From: Crocinitomicaceae bacterium
Lineage (GTDB): Bacteria > Bacteroidota > Bacteroidia > Flavobacteriales_D > Sanyastnellaceae
NCBI GenBank assembly: GCA_002722795.1
Contig: PBMY01000003.1
Coordinates: forward strand, 13,848 to 77,847
Length of the DNA stretch: 64,000 nucleotides
Reading direction: 5' to 3'
In this document: positions 29,353 to 39,063 of the stretch, in pieces
Numbering within the stretch: the first letter of the stretch is position 1
How the letters are laid out: each line of letters opens with the position of its first letter
Made by a program: the position numbers and the translations under genes
Notes under the pieces: generated by a model
What the model was told of the DNA's origin: nothing
Databases searched by the model: none
The model's input: the letters and a program-made list of their open reading frames with translations, nothing else

Positions 29353-29401
29353 GATTTGTATAAATGTGTGTTTGCCCTTAGGCAGAGTGTTTACTTTTTA
29401 A

Positions 29402-30382
29402 TTAGCTAACGTACATAGTGTTTTTAACTGCATCTATAATATTCTTCACCTGAGGTAGTGCCTCGTCGATAAGGGTGGTTGCGAATGCAAATGGTGTGTC
29501 AGCCTGACATAATCTGACAATAGGAGCATCTAAGTAATCGAATGCATTTCTTTGGACTCTATAGCTTATTTCAGACGCTACAGAATTTACAGGGAAGCTC
29601 TCCTCAACTATTACTAGCCTATTTGTCTTCTTCATTGACTCAATAATTGTATCTAAATCAAGAGGTCTAATTGTAACTAGATCAATAATCTCAACGTTAA
29701 TTCCTTCTTTTTCCAGCTCTTCAGCTGCTGTATGAACGGTTTTAAGAATCTTTCCAAACGATACAATCGTACAGTCAGTACCAGGTTTTCTAATGTTAGC
29801 CTTTCCAATAGGAACTAAGTATTCTCCTTCAGGAATCATTCCAACATCACCGTACATCTTCTCCGATTCCATCACAAGAACAGGATCGTCATCTCTAATT
29901 GCAGATTTTATTAATCCCTTAGCTTCATATGGAGTAAACGGAGTTACAATTTTAAGTCCAGGAATTGATGAGTAAAATGCTTCATAACTTTGGCTATGAG
30001 TTGCAGCAAGTTGTCCAGCTGGTCCGTTTGGACCTCTGAAAACTATTGGAGTAGTGAATTGACCACCACTCATCTGTAACATTTTAGCCGCATGGTTAAT
30101 GATTTGGTCAGAAGCAAGTACAGCAAAATTCCATGTCATATACTCAACAATGGGTCTTAGTCCATTCATTGCTGCTCCAACTGCGATACTTGTAAATCCA
30201 AGTTCAGCAATAGGAGTGTCAATTACTCTTTTTGGGCCAAACTCATCGAGCATTCCCTTTGAAGCTTTGTATGCTCCATTGTACTCAGCAACCTCCTCTC
30301 CTAAAAGGAAAACACGCTCATCTCGGCGCATTTCTTCGCTCATTGCTTCAGCGACTGCTTCTCTATATGTGATTTCACGCAT
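29402..30382 (-). CDS. Pyruvate/2-oxoacid dehydrogenase E1 component beta subunit
   Basis: MREITYREAVAEAMSEEMRRDERVFLLGEEVAEYNGAYK ... DTPIAE... I set the start at ATG 30382. Confidence 0.85.
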   Translation of the reverse strand: MREITYREAVAEAMSEEMRRDERVFLLGEEVAEYNGAYKASKGMLDEFGPKRVIDTPIAELGFTSIAVGAAMNGLRPIVEYMTWNFAVLASDQIINHAAKMLQMSGGQFTTPIVFRGPNGPAGQLAATHSQSYEAFYSSIPGLKIVTPFTPYEAKGLIKSAIRDDDPVLVMESEKMYGDVGMIPEGEYLVPIGKANIRKPGTDCTIVSFGKILKTVHTAAEELEKEGINVEIIDLVTIRPLDLDTIIESMKKTNRLVIVEESFPVNSVASEISYRVQRNAFDYLDAPIVRLCQADTPFAFATTLIDEALPQVKNIIDAVKNTMYVS

Positions 30383-30484
30383 GGCTGTATAGAATAATTC
30401 GGTCGGCAAAGATAAGTGATTGATGGCATTGCATCACTACCTTTGTACTCCTAATCACAGAAACAATAATACACGATTATACCT

Positions 30485-31225
30485 ATGAAATTGCTTGTTT
30501 GTATAAGTAAAGCGCCTGACACTACAAGTCGTATAGCCTTTACAGATGGAGACACTAGCTTTGATGAGAGCGGTGTCCAATTTATAGTTAACCCTTATGA
30601 CGAGTCGTATGCACTTGTTAGAGCTATTGAATTAATTGAAGCTGGAGGAGGTTCAGTTACTACTATTACCGTTGGAGACGCTTCATGTGATCCAATTATT
30701 AGAAAGGCATTAGCAATAGGCGCAAACCATGCTGTTAGAATAGATGCTCAGCCGGTTGATGCTACTCAAGTTGCTCAGCTTATTGCTGATTATGCATCAG
30801 ATAAATCATATGACATCATCCTTTGTGGAAAGGAAACAATAGATCATAACTCTGCAGCTGTAGGTGCAATGATTGCTGAATGTTTGGACATGCCGTTTAT
30901 TCCTTTTGCAACTAGATTGAATGTAGACGGCGGGGCTTATAATCTGACATGTGAAACAGCAGGTGGTGTAAATAAAGTAACTGTAAATAGTTCTTTTGTA
31001 CTTAGTGCAGCAAAGGGAATGTCAGAGCAAAGAATACCAAATATGAGAGGTATTATGTCTGCTCGTACTAAGCCACTTCAGGTGGTAGAATCTTCAGATG
31101 ATGGAGCTAAAACTAATGTTGTGAAATTTTCACTTCCACCCTCAAAAGGAGCGTGTAAAATTGTTGATGCTGATAATCCATCTGAACTAGTTCGTTTATT
31201 ACGTGAAGAAGCAAAAATTATATAA
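30485..31225 (+). CDS. etfB: Electron transfer flavoprotein beta subunit
   Basis: MKLLVCISKAPDT ... VNPYDE.ALV.AIEL ... ILCGKETIDHNSAAVG. Confidence 0.9.
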   Translation: MKLLVCISKAPDTTSRIAFTDGDTSFDESGVQFIVNPYDESYALVRAIELIEAGGGSVTTITVGDASCDPIIRKALAIGANHAVRIDAQPVDATQVAQLIADYASDKSYDIILCGKETIDHNSAAVGAMIAECLDMPFIPFATRLNVDGGAYNLTCETAGGVNKVTVNSSFVLSAAKGMSEQRIPNMRGIMSARTKPLQVVESSDDGAKTNVVKFSLPPSKGACKIVDADNPSELVRLLREEAKII

Positions 31226-31226
31226 G

Positions 31227-32159
31227 ATGTCAGTATTAGTATATGTTCAAATTAAAGATGGTAAGGCAACTAAAGCTGGACTTGAAGCAGCTTCATACGC
31301 CAATGCTATTTCAGGTGGTTCAGCAACAGCTGTTGTTGCAGGTTCAATTGAGGCTGATGGTGGAATTGGTAATGTTGGCATTTCAAATGTGCTTGCTTAT
31401 TCTGAAGCTTTAGTAGATAACTCACAAATTGCTAAACTTGTTGAAGTAGCAGCATCAAAAGTTGGTGCAAACACAGTGGTTTTCTCAGCGAATTTAGAAG
31501 GTTGCGCAGTTGCCCCAAGAGTTGCTATTAGAATGAATGCTGGATATGTAGCAGGAGTTACAGGAGAGCCAGAAGGAGGTAATTACCCTCGAAATGTATT
31601 TAGCGGAAAGGCAAAAGCTTATGTAAGTGTAACTGCTGATAAAACTGTTGTTTCTATTACACCAAACTCATTTGGTATTAAAGAGGTTGGAGGTTTTGCT
31701 GCACTTGAGGCATTCTCTGCTGAAGTTGGTGAAGCAAAGCTTACAGTTGGAGAATTTACTCCAACATCAGCTGATGGATCTGTTCCATTACCAGAAGCTG
31801 AAAGAGTAGTTTCAGCAGGTCGAGGTTTAAAGGGGCCAGAAAATTGGGGAATTGTTGAGGATCTTGCAACAGTATTAAACGCATCAACAGCATGTTCTCG
31901 TCCCGTAGGAGATATGGGATGGAGACCTCACCACGAGCACGTAGGTCAAACAGGAATTACAATCCGTCCAGATCTTTACATTGCTTGTGGTATCTCCGGA
32001 GCCATTCAACACCTTGCTGGTGTAAACCAAAGTAAAGTCATTGTAGTCATTAATACGGACCCTGAGGCGCCATTCTTTAAGGCAGCTGATTACGGAATTG
32101 TTGGTGATGTATTCGAAGTTCTTCCTAAATTAACAGAAGCAATTAAAAATCTCTCTTAA
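31227..32159 (+). CDS. etfA: Electron transfer flavoprotein alpha subunit
   Basis: FAD-binding C-terminal block PDLYIACGISGAIQHLAGVNQSKVIVVINTDPEAPFF..ADYGIVGD. I set the start at ATG 31227, just after the etfB stop. Confidence 0.9.
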   Translation: MSVLVYVQIKDGKATKAGLEAASYANAISGGSATAVVAGSIEADGGIGNVGISNVLAYSEALVDNSQIAKLVEVAASKVGANTVVFSANLEGCAVAPRVAIRMNAGYVAGVTGEPEGGNYPRNVFSGKAKAYVSVTADKTVVSITPNSFGIKEVGGFAALEAFSAEVGEAKLTVGEFTPTSADGSVPLPEAERVVSAGRGLKGPENWGIVEDLATVLNASTACSRPVGDMGWRPHHEHVGQTGITIRPDLYIACGISGAIQHLAGVNQSKVIVVINTDPEAPFFKAADYGIVGDVFEVLPKLTEAIKNLS

Positions 32160-32165
32160 AAAATC

Positions 32166-32783
32166 ATGAAAAAAGTCGACCTCGAAATTTACGACATCTC
32201 CCTAACGGGGTCGTCGTCGGGGGCTTACACAATGGTTATGGGAGTAGTTGATGGTAATGTTAGAATTCCAGTTGTTATTGGCGGAGCTGAGGCCCAATCA
32301 ATAGCATTGGAGCTAGAGAATATGAAATCTAGCAGACCTCTAACTCACGACATGTACAAAAGCACCTTAGTAGCATTTGGCATGAAGGTGGATGAGGTTT
32401 TAGTCTACAAATTTGAAGAAGGAATTTTTTATGCTAAGGTCATTGTCTCCAATGGTGATATAACTGAAGAAATAGATTCAAGAATTTCTGATGCTGTTGG
32501 TGTTGCTATTAGATTTAGATCTCCCATAAGGTGTTATGAATCAATAGTTCAACAGGCAGGAATAAACCCACAAGAGATGTCTCCAGGTTTGGCCTTGGAG
32601 ATAAACATTGAAGTGGGAAATTTAGATGAGGAGGAGGATTTATCTTTAGATTTTGTTAGCTCTCCAGATTTGGAATTATTAGAAGCAGAATTACAAGAAG
32701 CGATTGACAATGAAGATTATGAACTAGCTTCAGAACTTCGAGATCAAATCGATAAAATCAAAAACAAAAAGAAGGATGAGTAA
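32166..32783 (+). CDS. Bifunctional nuclease family (DUF151) protein with C-terminal UVR motif
   Basis: IPVVIGGAEAQSIALELE......RPLTHD matches DUF151. The C-terminal LQEAIDNEDYELASELRDQIDKI is UvrB/C-motif-like. Confidence 0.78.
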   Translation: MKKVDLEIYDISLTGSSSGAYTMVMGVVDGNVRIPVVIGGAEAQSIALELENMKSSRPLTHDMYKSTLVAFGMKVDEVLVYKFEEGIFYAKVIVSNGDITEEIDSRISDAVGVAIRFRSPIRCYESIVQQAGINPQEMSPGLALEINIEVGNLDEEEDLSLDFVSSPDLELLEAELQEAIDNEDYELASELRDQIDKIKNKKKDE

Positions 32784-33273
32784 AGTAGGCATTATTATGG
32801 GGTCAAACTCTGACCTTGGAGTTATGGAAAAGTCTATGGGAGTCTTAGAAGAGCTAGGAGTGGAATATGAGGCTACAGTTGTTAGCGCTCACAGAACGCC
32901 AGAAAGATTGGCTGAATACGCAACAAGCGCTGTTGGTCGTGGAATCAAGGTTATTGTAGCTGGTGCCGGAGGAGCTGCTCACCTACCCGGTATGGTTGCT
33001 GCTTATACCCCTCTTCCTGTAATTGGTGTTCCAATTAAGTCAAGCAATTCAATTGATGGTTGGGATTCAGTATTGAGTATTTTGCAAATGCCAGCTGGAG
33101 TCCCTGTAGCAACAGTTGCTCTAGATGGAGGAAGAAACGCTGGTATTCTAGCAGCCCAAACTTTAGCTATAGCAGATTCAAACCTTCTCAATAAAATTGC
33201 AAAATTTAAGGAAGATCTTAAGCTTAAGGTCCTTGATGCAGCACCAATAGTTGAAAATCACAAACCCAAATAG
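32776..33273 (+). CDS. purE: 5-(carboxyamino)imidazole ribonucleotide mutase
   Basis: VGIIMGSNSDL, SAHRTPE, AGGAAHLPGMVAA and PVIGVP. Confidence 0.95.
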   Translation: MSKVGIIMGSNSDLGVMEKSMGVLEELGVEYEATVVSAHRTPERLAEYATSAVGRGIKVIVAGAGGAAHLPGMVAAYTPLPVIGVPIKSSNSIDGWDSVLSILQMPAGVPVATVALDGGRNAGILAAQTLAIADSNLLNKIAKFKEDLKLKVLDAAPIVENHKPK

Positions 33274-33282
33274 TAGGACTGT

Positions 33283-34185
33283 ATGTCTCATACTTCATTC
33301 GAACCTAAAGAATTAAACCCAAGTAAGCTCCACTCTTATTTACTAGGTGGCGTTGCTCCAAGGCCAATTGCCTTTGCAAGTACTATAGATTCTGATGGAC
33401 GTGTGAATCTAGCTCCTTTTAGCTATTTCAACGTTTTCTCAGCCAATCCTCCTGTGTTGATTTTTTCACCAGCAAGAAGGGGGAGGGATAATACTACTAA
33501 GCACACTTATGAAAATGTATTAGAAGTGCCAGAAGTTGTGGTTAATATGGTTGATTACAATACGGTTCATGCATGTTCTCTTGCAAGTACTGAGTATGAC
33601 AAAGGCGTAAATGAATTTGTGAAGGCAGGTCTTACTGAGCATCCATCAGATTTGATTAAACCACCTCGAGTTCTTGAATCTCCTGTATCTTTTGAGTGTA
33701 AGGTGTTACGAGTTGATAGTTTTGGCGAAAACCCTGGTGCAGGACAGCTAGTTGTTTGCGAAATAATTAAAATGCACTTTAGAAATGATATTTTGAATTC
33801 TAATGGATTGCTAGATCCTGAAAAAATTGACCTCGTTGGTAGAGTTGGAGGTAATTTTTATGTTAGAGCTTCAGGTGATGCTCTTTTTGAGGTGCCCAAA
33901 CCTCTAGAAAATCTTGGAATTGGTGTCGACAAAATCCCAAACGACATCCGCAATAGTTCAGTTTTGTCTAGAAAACACCTTGCTATTCTTGGAAATATTG
34001 AAGTTCTGCCTAATGAAACTGAAGTGAATGATTTTAAGCTAATGGAACTAAGTGAAATCTTTTTAAACCTTCAGGATGATGGTGCAGAACTAGAATTGGA
34101 GCTTCATAAACACGCCGTTTCTCTTTTAGAAAATGGAGATGTTAATGGAGCGTGGAAAACACTTCTTAGTTTTAACCTAGGATAA
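33283..34185 (+). CDS. Flavin reductase-like (FMN-binding split-barrel) family protein with a C-terminal extension
   Basis: RPIAFASTIDSDGRVNLAPFSYFN matches the flavin reductase domain. Length is 300 aa. Confidence 0.72.
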   Translation: MSHTSFEPKELNPSKLHSYLLGGVAPRPIAFASTIDSDGRVNLAPFSYFNVFSANPPVLIFSPARRGRDNTTKHTYENVLEVPEVVVNMVDYNTVHACSLASTEYDKGVNEFVKAGLTEHPSDLIKPPRVLESPVSFECKVLRVDSFGENPGAGQLVVCEIIKMHFRNDILNSNGLLDPEKIDLVGRVGGNFYVRASGDALFEVPKPLENLGIGVDKIPNDIRNSSVLSRKHLAILGNIEVLPNETEVNDFKLMELSEIFLNLQDDGAELELELHKHAVSLLENGDVNGAWKTLLSFNLG

Positions 34186-34221
34186 TGTACGAATTACTTT
34201 CAGGTAATTTACTTTTATAAC

Positions 34222-34605
34222 ATGGCATTTGAGTTAAAAGGAAAAATCAAAGTCCTCTTTGAACAACAGGACTTCCCAAGCGGTTTTTATAAACGCGATT
34301 TCGTTATCACTACAAACGAGCAATACCCCCAGGATATTAAGCTTTCTGCCCTAAAAGAAAGGGTGGAACAGCTTAATGGAATGAGCGAGGGTGACCCAAT
34401 TTCAGTCAAGTTTGACCTTAGAGGTAGGGAGTACAATGGAAACTATTATGTTGATTTGAACGCTTGGAGAATTGAAAGTGATGGTCAGGGAGCACAAGGC
34501 GCTTCATCTGAACAAGCGACTGTACCTCAAGTAGATCCAACACCACTTCCGGATGTTGATCCTATGATTGTCGAGCCCGCAAGCGATGACGACCTGCCAT
34601 TTTAA
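34222..34605 (+). CDS. DUF3127 domain-containing protein
   Basis: MAFELKGKIKVLFEQQDFPSGFYKRDFVITT...YPQDIKL is typical of DUF3127. It has an acidic, Pro-rich tail. Confidence 0.68.
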   Translation: MAFELKGKIKVLFEQQDFPSGFYKRDFVITTNEQYPQDIKLSALKERVEQLNGMSEGDPISVKFDLRGREYNGNYYVDLNAWRIESDGQGAQGASSEQATVPQVDPTPLPDVDPMIVEPASDDDLPF

Positions 34606-34613
34606 ACCCATTT

Positions 34614-35972
34614 ATGTCAGGGTGGCTAAATTCTTATTCTAGGAGGTTTCAGCGCCTACTACCATCACCGATGGCTATTGCGCTAACACTCACGCTAGTC
34701 GCTCTAATTTCTGCTCTTTTTGTTAGTGAACCACTTGATGTTGTTCAAGCTTGGTCTGATGGATTGTGGAATCCAAGTCTGATGCGATTTGGATTTCAAG
34801 CTATGTTCATGCTGGTGTTAGGTCATGTTTTGGCATTGTCAAATCCTGTGAGAAATGCGTTAGATGGAATCGCAAATTTTGCAGTAAAGCAGCCATCTAA
34901 TGCAGCTGCTTATGTTGCAGGAGTTGCTATGATTCTTGGTTGGTTTAATTGGGGACTAGGGCTTGTTGCTGGGGCGTTGATTGCCAAAGTCGTGATCGAT
35001 AAGAAGGTCGCGCATGCTGGTGTTGTCGGGGCTGCCGGCTATTCCGGGCTTCTTGTTTGGCATAGCGGATTAAGTGGTAGTGCACCGTTGAAGGTTGCAG
35101 AACCAGGACATCTAGCTGAGCTTTATCCTAAAGGATTGGAATGGCTTACACCAATACCTGATTCAATTTCAATTTCTGAAACAATTTTTACTTTTTGGAA
35201 TCTTGGTCTAACTACTGTTGTAGTGATTTCAATAACAGCTTTGTTCCTTTATTTAGGAAGAACAGTTGCTGTTACTCATGTAGATGTAGTCCCAATCGAT
35301 ATGGGTTGTGAACCTGAGATCAAGAATATTGAATCGGTTTCTAGTTTCTTGGATTACGGTTACTTACTGTCTATGGGGTTTGGTGTTTTTGCTTTGGTTA
35401 CTGCTGTTTGGATTGCATTTGAAGGAGGTGGCGCTACCTGTTTGAGTTTTGTTACTCCCGATTGGATCAATTTGACTTTATTGGGACTAGCATTAATTGC
35501 TCATAAAAATGTTGCATCACTTGTTGCAGCTTTAAATAAAGCAATAGGAGGAGCCGCTGGAATTTTATTACAGTTCCCTATTTATTTTGGGATAATGGGT
35601 GTAGTTACAGGTACTGGTTTAGTTGATGTTTTATCTTCAGCTCTCGTATCTGCAACTTCAAATGATACGATTTCTCTTGCAATTTTTACATCCTCAGGAG
35701 TGTTGAATATTTTTGTTCCTAGTGGAGGTGGTCAATGGGCAGTGCAGGGACCTTTAGTTTTAGAAGCGTGTAACATTATAGGAGTGTCTATTGAAAAGGG
35801 TGTAATGGCTATGGCTTATGGGGATCAATGGACAAATATGTTGCAACCTTTTTGGGCTTTGCCGCTTTTAGGAATAACTGGTCTGAAGGCCAAAGATATA
35901 CTACCTTATACCATGGCCGCTTTAATAGTGTCAGGATTGATATTTATGATTGGTTTGGTCTTAATCGTTTAA
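34614..35972 (+). CDS. Short-chain fatty acid transporter family (AtoE/TIGR00366) membrane protein
   Basis: Polytopic membrane protein, 452 aa. The blocks FVPSGGGQWAVQGP and YGDQWTNMLQPFWALPLLGI are AtoE-like. Confidence 0.78.
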   Translation: MSGWLNSYSRRFQRLLPSPMAIALTLTLVALISALFVSEPLDVVQAWSDGLWNPSLMRFGFQAMFMLVLGHVLALSNPVRNALDGIANFAVKQPSNAAAYVAGVAMILGWFNWGLGLVAGALIAKVVIDKKVAHAGVVGAAGYSGLLVWHSGLSGSAPLKVAEPGHLAELYPKGLEWLTPIPDSISISETIFTFWNLGLTTVVVISITALFLYLGRTVAVTHVDVVPIDMGCEPEIKNIESVSSFLDYGYLLSMGFGVFALVTAVWIAFEGGGATCLSFVTPDWINLTLLGLALIAHKNVASLVAALNKAIGGAAGILLQFPIYFGIMGVVTGTGLVDVLSSALVSATSNDTISLAIFTSSGVLNIFVPSGGGQWAVQGPLVLEACNIIGVSIEKGVMAMAYGDQWTNMLQPFWALPLLGITGLKAKDILPYTMAALIVSGLIFMIGLVLIV

Positions 35973-35974
35973 AA

Positions 35975-37207
35975 ATGGTGGCAGAATTTCACACATTTAC
36001 TCTAGGAAATGGCATTCGAGTCATTCATAAAGAGGTGCCTAGAGCTGCAAGTCATGTAAGTTTAGTTGTAAATGCTGGTAGTAGGGATGAGTTAAAGGGA
36101 GAAGGGGGTGTTGCACACTTTATTGAGCATTGTTTATTTAAGGGTACTAAGAGGCGTAAAACTTTTCACATTTTAAATCGACTAGAAAGAGTTGGTGGAG
36201 AGATTAATGCATATACAACCAAAGAGGAAACATGGATTAGCGCATCTTTTCTTGAAAGAGATATGGATAGAGCGGTTGAACTTATTTCAGACATCTCATT
36301 CAACTCTACTTTTCCGGCAAAAGAGATATCTAAGGAAAGGGATGTGATTTTGGATGAGATTGCTTCTGTGATGGATAATCCAAGTGATGTAATATTTGAT
36401 GAGTTTGAGGAAAGGTTGTTTGGAAGGCATCCTTTAGGAAGGACAATTTTGGGAACGCCAGAATCGTTGAAAGGTCTGAGAAAATCAGATCTTCAGGCTT
36501 TTGTAAAAAGGAATTATTCACCTGACCAAATGGTTTTTGCCTCTGTAGGCTCTACTCCGGTAAAAAAACTGAAAAGAATTTGCGAGAAGTACCTAAGCAA
36601 GTTCAAAGGCAAGGGAGAATGGGTGAAAAGAAAGGCGCCCAAACCTGTAGCACTTTTTGATCAAAGGATAGATCAGGACACTTATCAAGTTCATCATTTA
36701 ATGGGCGCAATGACTGTGGGTGCTGATCATAAGGATAAACTTCCTCTCACATTACTTGCTAATTATCTCGGTGGTCCAGCTATGAATAGTAAGTTGAGCA
36801 TGAATATTCGTGAGAAGTATGGAATGGCATACCACATCGAAGCTGGTTACACTCCATATACAGACAGTGGAGTTTTTTCAATTTATTTTGGCACTGATGT
36901 GAAGTTCCATAAAAAGGTTGAAAGATTAGTAAACAAGGAGCTTCGAGAAATGTGTAACAAAAAAATGAGTACTAGGCAGTTACGTGATCTTAAGAAGCAA
37001 ATTATAGGCCAAATTGCATTAAGCCAGGATTCAGGTACTGCAATGATGTCTGGGCTTGCTAAGAGTTACTTGCTTTACAATAGAGTGGAGCCGCTTTCTG
37101 AGTTCTTTAAATCTATTGAAGCTATTACTGCAGAGGATATGTTAAGGGTATCAAACGAATTCATACACCCAAACAATCAAAGTCACTTAGTTTACTTACC
37201 TAATTGA
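35975..37207 (+). CDS. M16-family (pitrilysin/insulinase-like) zinc peptidase
   Basis: Inverted zinc motif HFIEH (HxxEH), followed by EINAYTTKE. I set the start at ATG 35975 (MVAEFHTFTLGNGIRV). Confidence 0.85.
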   Translation: MVAEFHTFTLGNGIRVIHKEVPRAASHVSLVVNAGSRDELKGEGGVAHFIEHCLFKGTKRRKTFHILNRLERVGGEINAYTTKEETWISASFLERDMDRAVELISDISFNSTFPAKEISKERDVILDEIASVMDNPSDVIFDEFEERLFGRHPLGRTILGTPESLKGLRKSDLQAFVKRNYSPDQMVFASVGSTPVKKLKRICEKYLSKFKGKGEWVKRKAPKPVALFDQRIDQDTYQVHHLMGAMTVGADHKDKLPLTLLANYLGGPAMNSKLSMNIREKYGMAYHIEAGYTPYTDSGVFSIYFGTDVKFHKKVERLVNKELREMCNKKMSTRQLRDLKKQIIGQIALSQDSGTAMMSGLAKSYLLYNRVEPLSEFFKSIEAITAEDMLRVSNEFIHPNNQSHLVYLPN

Positions 37208-37642
37208 GTATTTGTGCCAATCGTCGTGGTCTATCTGAATAGCGTTCTTAATTCCACGAATTTTCATGCTAATCATAACCCATTCTTTGTGGCCTTGCTT
37301 GAGTAGAGTTTCAATTGCTTCGTCATCATTGTCAGCTCCTTCAGCAATTAGTGCAAGTTTTGAAAAACTGTTTTTCCTTAACCATGCACATGCTTTTTCA
37401 TCCCCTTCTGATCCCATTACTAATGCCATTAATTCAGGATGACCTTCTTTCATGAGCCATTCTCGTGCTTCCTCATTTAAATTTAGAGCAAAAGTGAATA
37501 TTGCTAATTCTACGTAGCCATTGGCAACTAACCAATCTCGAATCTTTCTATTTCCGCTTATTGCCTCTCCCCAAGCAACAATAATTTTAGGTGAGTATTG
37601 TTTCACGATTGCATAAAGGTACGAGACTACCTTTGTGGCCAA
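37196..37642 (-). CDS. Hypothetical protein containing four tandem 25-residue helical repeats
   Basis: 148-aa ORF with a TTG start at 37642. Repeats at 37265-37564 share the pattern ..[DN][EK].A..WL.K.Gh.EL. I recognise no family. Confidence 0.45.
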   Translation of the reverse strand: MATKVVSYLYAIVKQYSPKIIVAWGEAISGNRKIRDWLVANGYVELAIFTFALNLNEEAREWLMKEGHPELMALVMGSEGDEKACAWLRKNSFSKLALIAEGADNDDEAIETLLKQGHKEWVMISMKIRGIKNAIQIDHDDWHKYSIR

Positions 37643-38856
37643 TGAAATTATTCACTCCCACTTTTGGGCTATTGTGTTGTAGTACGATTTTGTTCATGGC
37701 AAGTTTTGGCATGATCATGCCGGAGTTGCCTCAGTACTTGTCAGAAATGGGAGCCGGGCATTTGCTAGGATACATTATTGGTCTTTTTACACTTGGCGCA
37801 TTTATATCAAGGTTTTTTTCAGGTAGGATAGCAGATAGAGCTGGGAGAAGGGTGGTTATGGTTTTTGGGACTAGTGTAGCTGCAATTGCAGGATTTGTAT
37901 ACGTCTTAGTTGGTTCAATGCATGAACAGTGGTCTGCAAATCCCGAAACAGCAATGTGGGGCGTTTGGTGCTTCCTAGGATTGAGAATGTTACATGGTTT
38001 AAGTACAGGATTTAGACCAACTGGCACGAGTGCATTTCTTACTGATATAATTCCAAAAGAGAGAAGGGGTGAAGCTCTTGGTTACCTTGGTGTAGCTGGA
38101 AATGCTGGTATGGCTGGAGGCCCAGCTCTAGGTAGTTATCTAGCTGTTGAATACGGCTATGACACTATGTTCATAGCATCTTCTATACTAGGAATAATAG
38201 CCCTGCTATTTACACTTAAGCTTCCAGAATCTTTACCTAATCCAAGGCGTGTTACTCTTGAAGATTTGAATGTTTTCAAAGGAGGTATATTAGAAAAAAG
38301 TGCATGGCCAGCAGCGTTTTTTTTAATTCCAGTATCAGCCGCTTTTGGTGTTTTTCTTACCATTACTCCAAATTTTGTTGACTCTCTAGGTTATAAATAC
38401 AAAGGTCTTTTTAATACCATCATTGTTGCTGCTTCAATTCTAATGAGGTTTGTTGCAGGACGAGCTTCAGATAAATATGGAAGAGAACCTCTTTTAGTCA
38501 TAGGTGGCTTTTTGCTCCTAATTGGAATGGGAATCATGAGTTTTTCAACGACAAAGTTAGTTGCATCAATTGGTGGTGTGATTTATGGTTTATCTATTGG
38601 AATAAATATGCCCACAATATTTGCATGGACTGCTGATTTAGCACCTAAAGGAAAAATTGCTTTAGGCTTAAGCACAATGCTTATGGCTTTAGAAATTGGA
38701 ATTGGTGGAGGAGCTTTTATATCGGGTTTTTTGTTTTCTTCCAATAATGAACTCCTGCCCATTATATACTTGTTTTGCGCTTTGTTTGCTGGTGTGTCTT
38801 CCTGTATTCTTTGGTTTTTCTTCAAAAGTAGACAAAGTAAAAAAATCACCAACTAG
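37642..38856 (+). CDS. MFS transporter
   Basis: About 12 TM segments and the MFS loop motif GRIADRAGRR. I set the start at ATG 37642 (MKLFTPTFGLL). Confidence 0.85.
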   Translation: MKLFTPTFGLLCCSTILFMASFGMIMPELPQYLSEMGAGHLLGYIIGLFTLGAFISRFFSGRIADRAGRRVVMVFGTSVAAIAGFVYVLVGSMHEQWSANPETAMWGVWCFLGLRMLHGLSTGFRPTGTSAFLTDIIPKERRGEALGYLGVAGNAGMAGGPALGSYLAVEYGYDTMFIASSILGIIALLFTLKLPESLPNPRRVTLEDLNVFKGGILEKSAWPAAFFLIPVSAAFGVFLTITPNFVDSLGYKYKGLFNTIIVAASILMRFVAGRASDKYGREPLLVIGGFLLLIGMGIMSFSTTKLVASIGGVIYGLSIGINMPTIFAWTADLAPKGKIALGLSTMLMALEIGIGGGAFISGFLFSSNNELLPIIYLFCALFAGVSSCILWFFFKSRQSKKITN

Positions 38857-39063
38857 AGTTGAATAACTCTTAAGGAGTCAATAATAGTGGGGAGATGTTG
38901 TCTGTATTTTCCATTAATGGATAACATCATAATGGAACGTTTGAAAACAACGCAATTACAACGCAAAGAGTCACTAGGTGAATTCTTGCAAAAAAAAGCT
39001 GAAATTCTACGTCATCAACGTATTAAAGATGGACTTATGCCTCAGGAAGTAAAAGAAGATTTC

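Noticed and set aside
35828-35974. Longest-ORF 5' extensions. These are 35828-35974 of the M16 peptidase, 46389-46469 of sucD, 31203-31226 of etfA, 37591-37641 of the MFS gene, 13077-13139 of the DHOase-like gene, and 30383-30409 of the E1-beta gene.
   Set aside because: The extensions overlap the upstream gene or begin at a non-ATG codon. In each case the conserved N-terminus of the family starts at the internal ATG.
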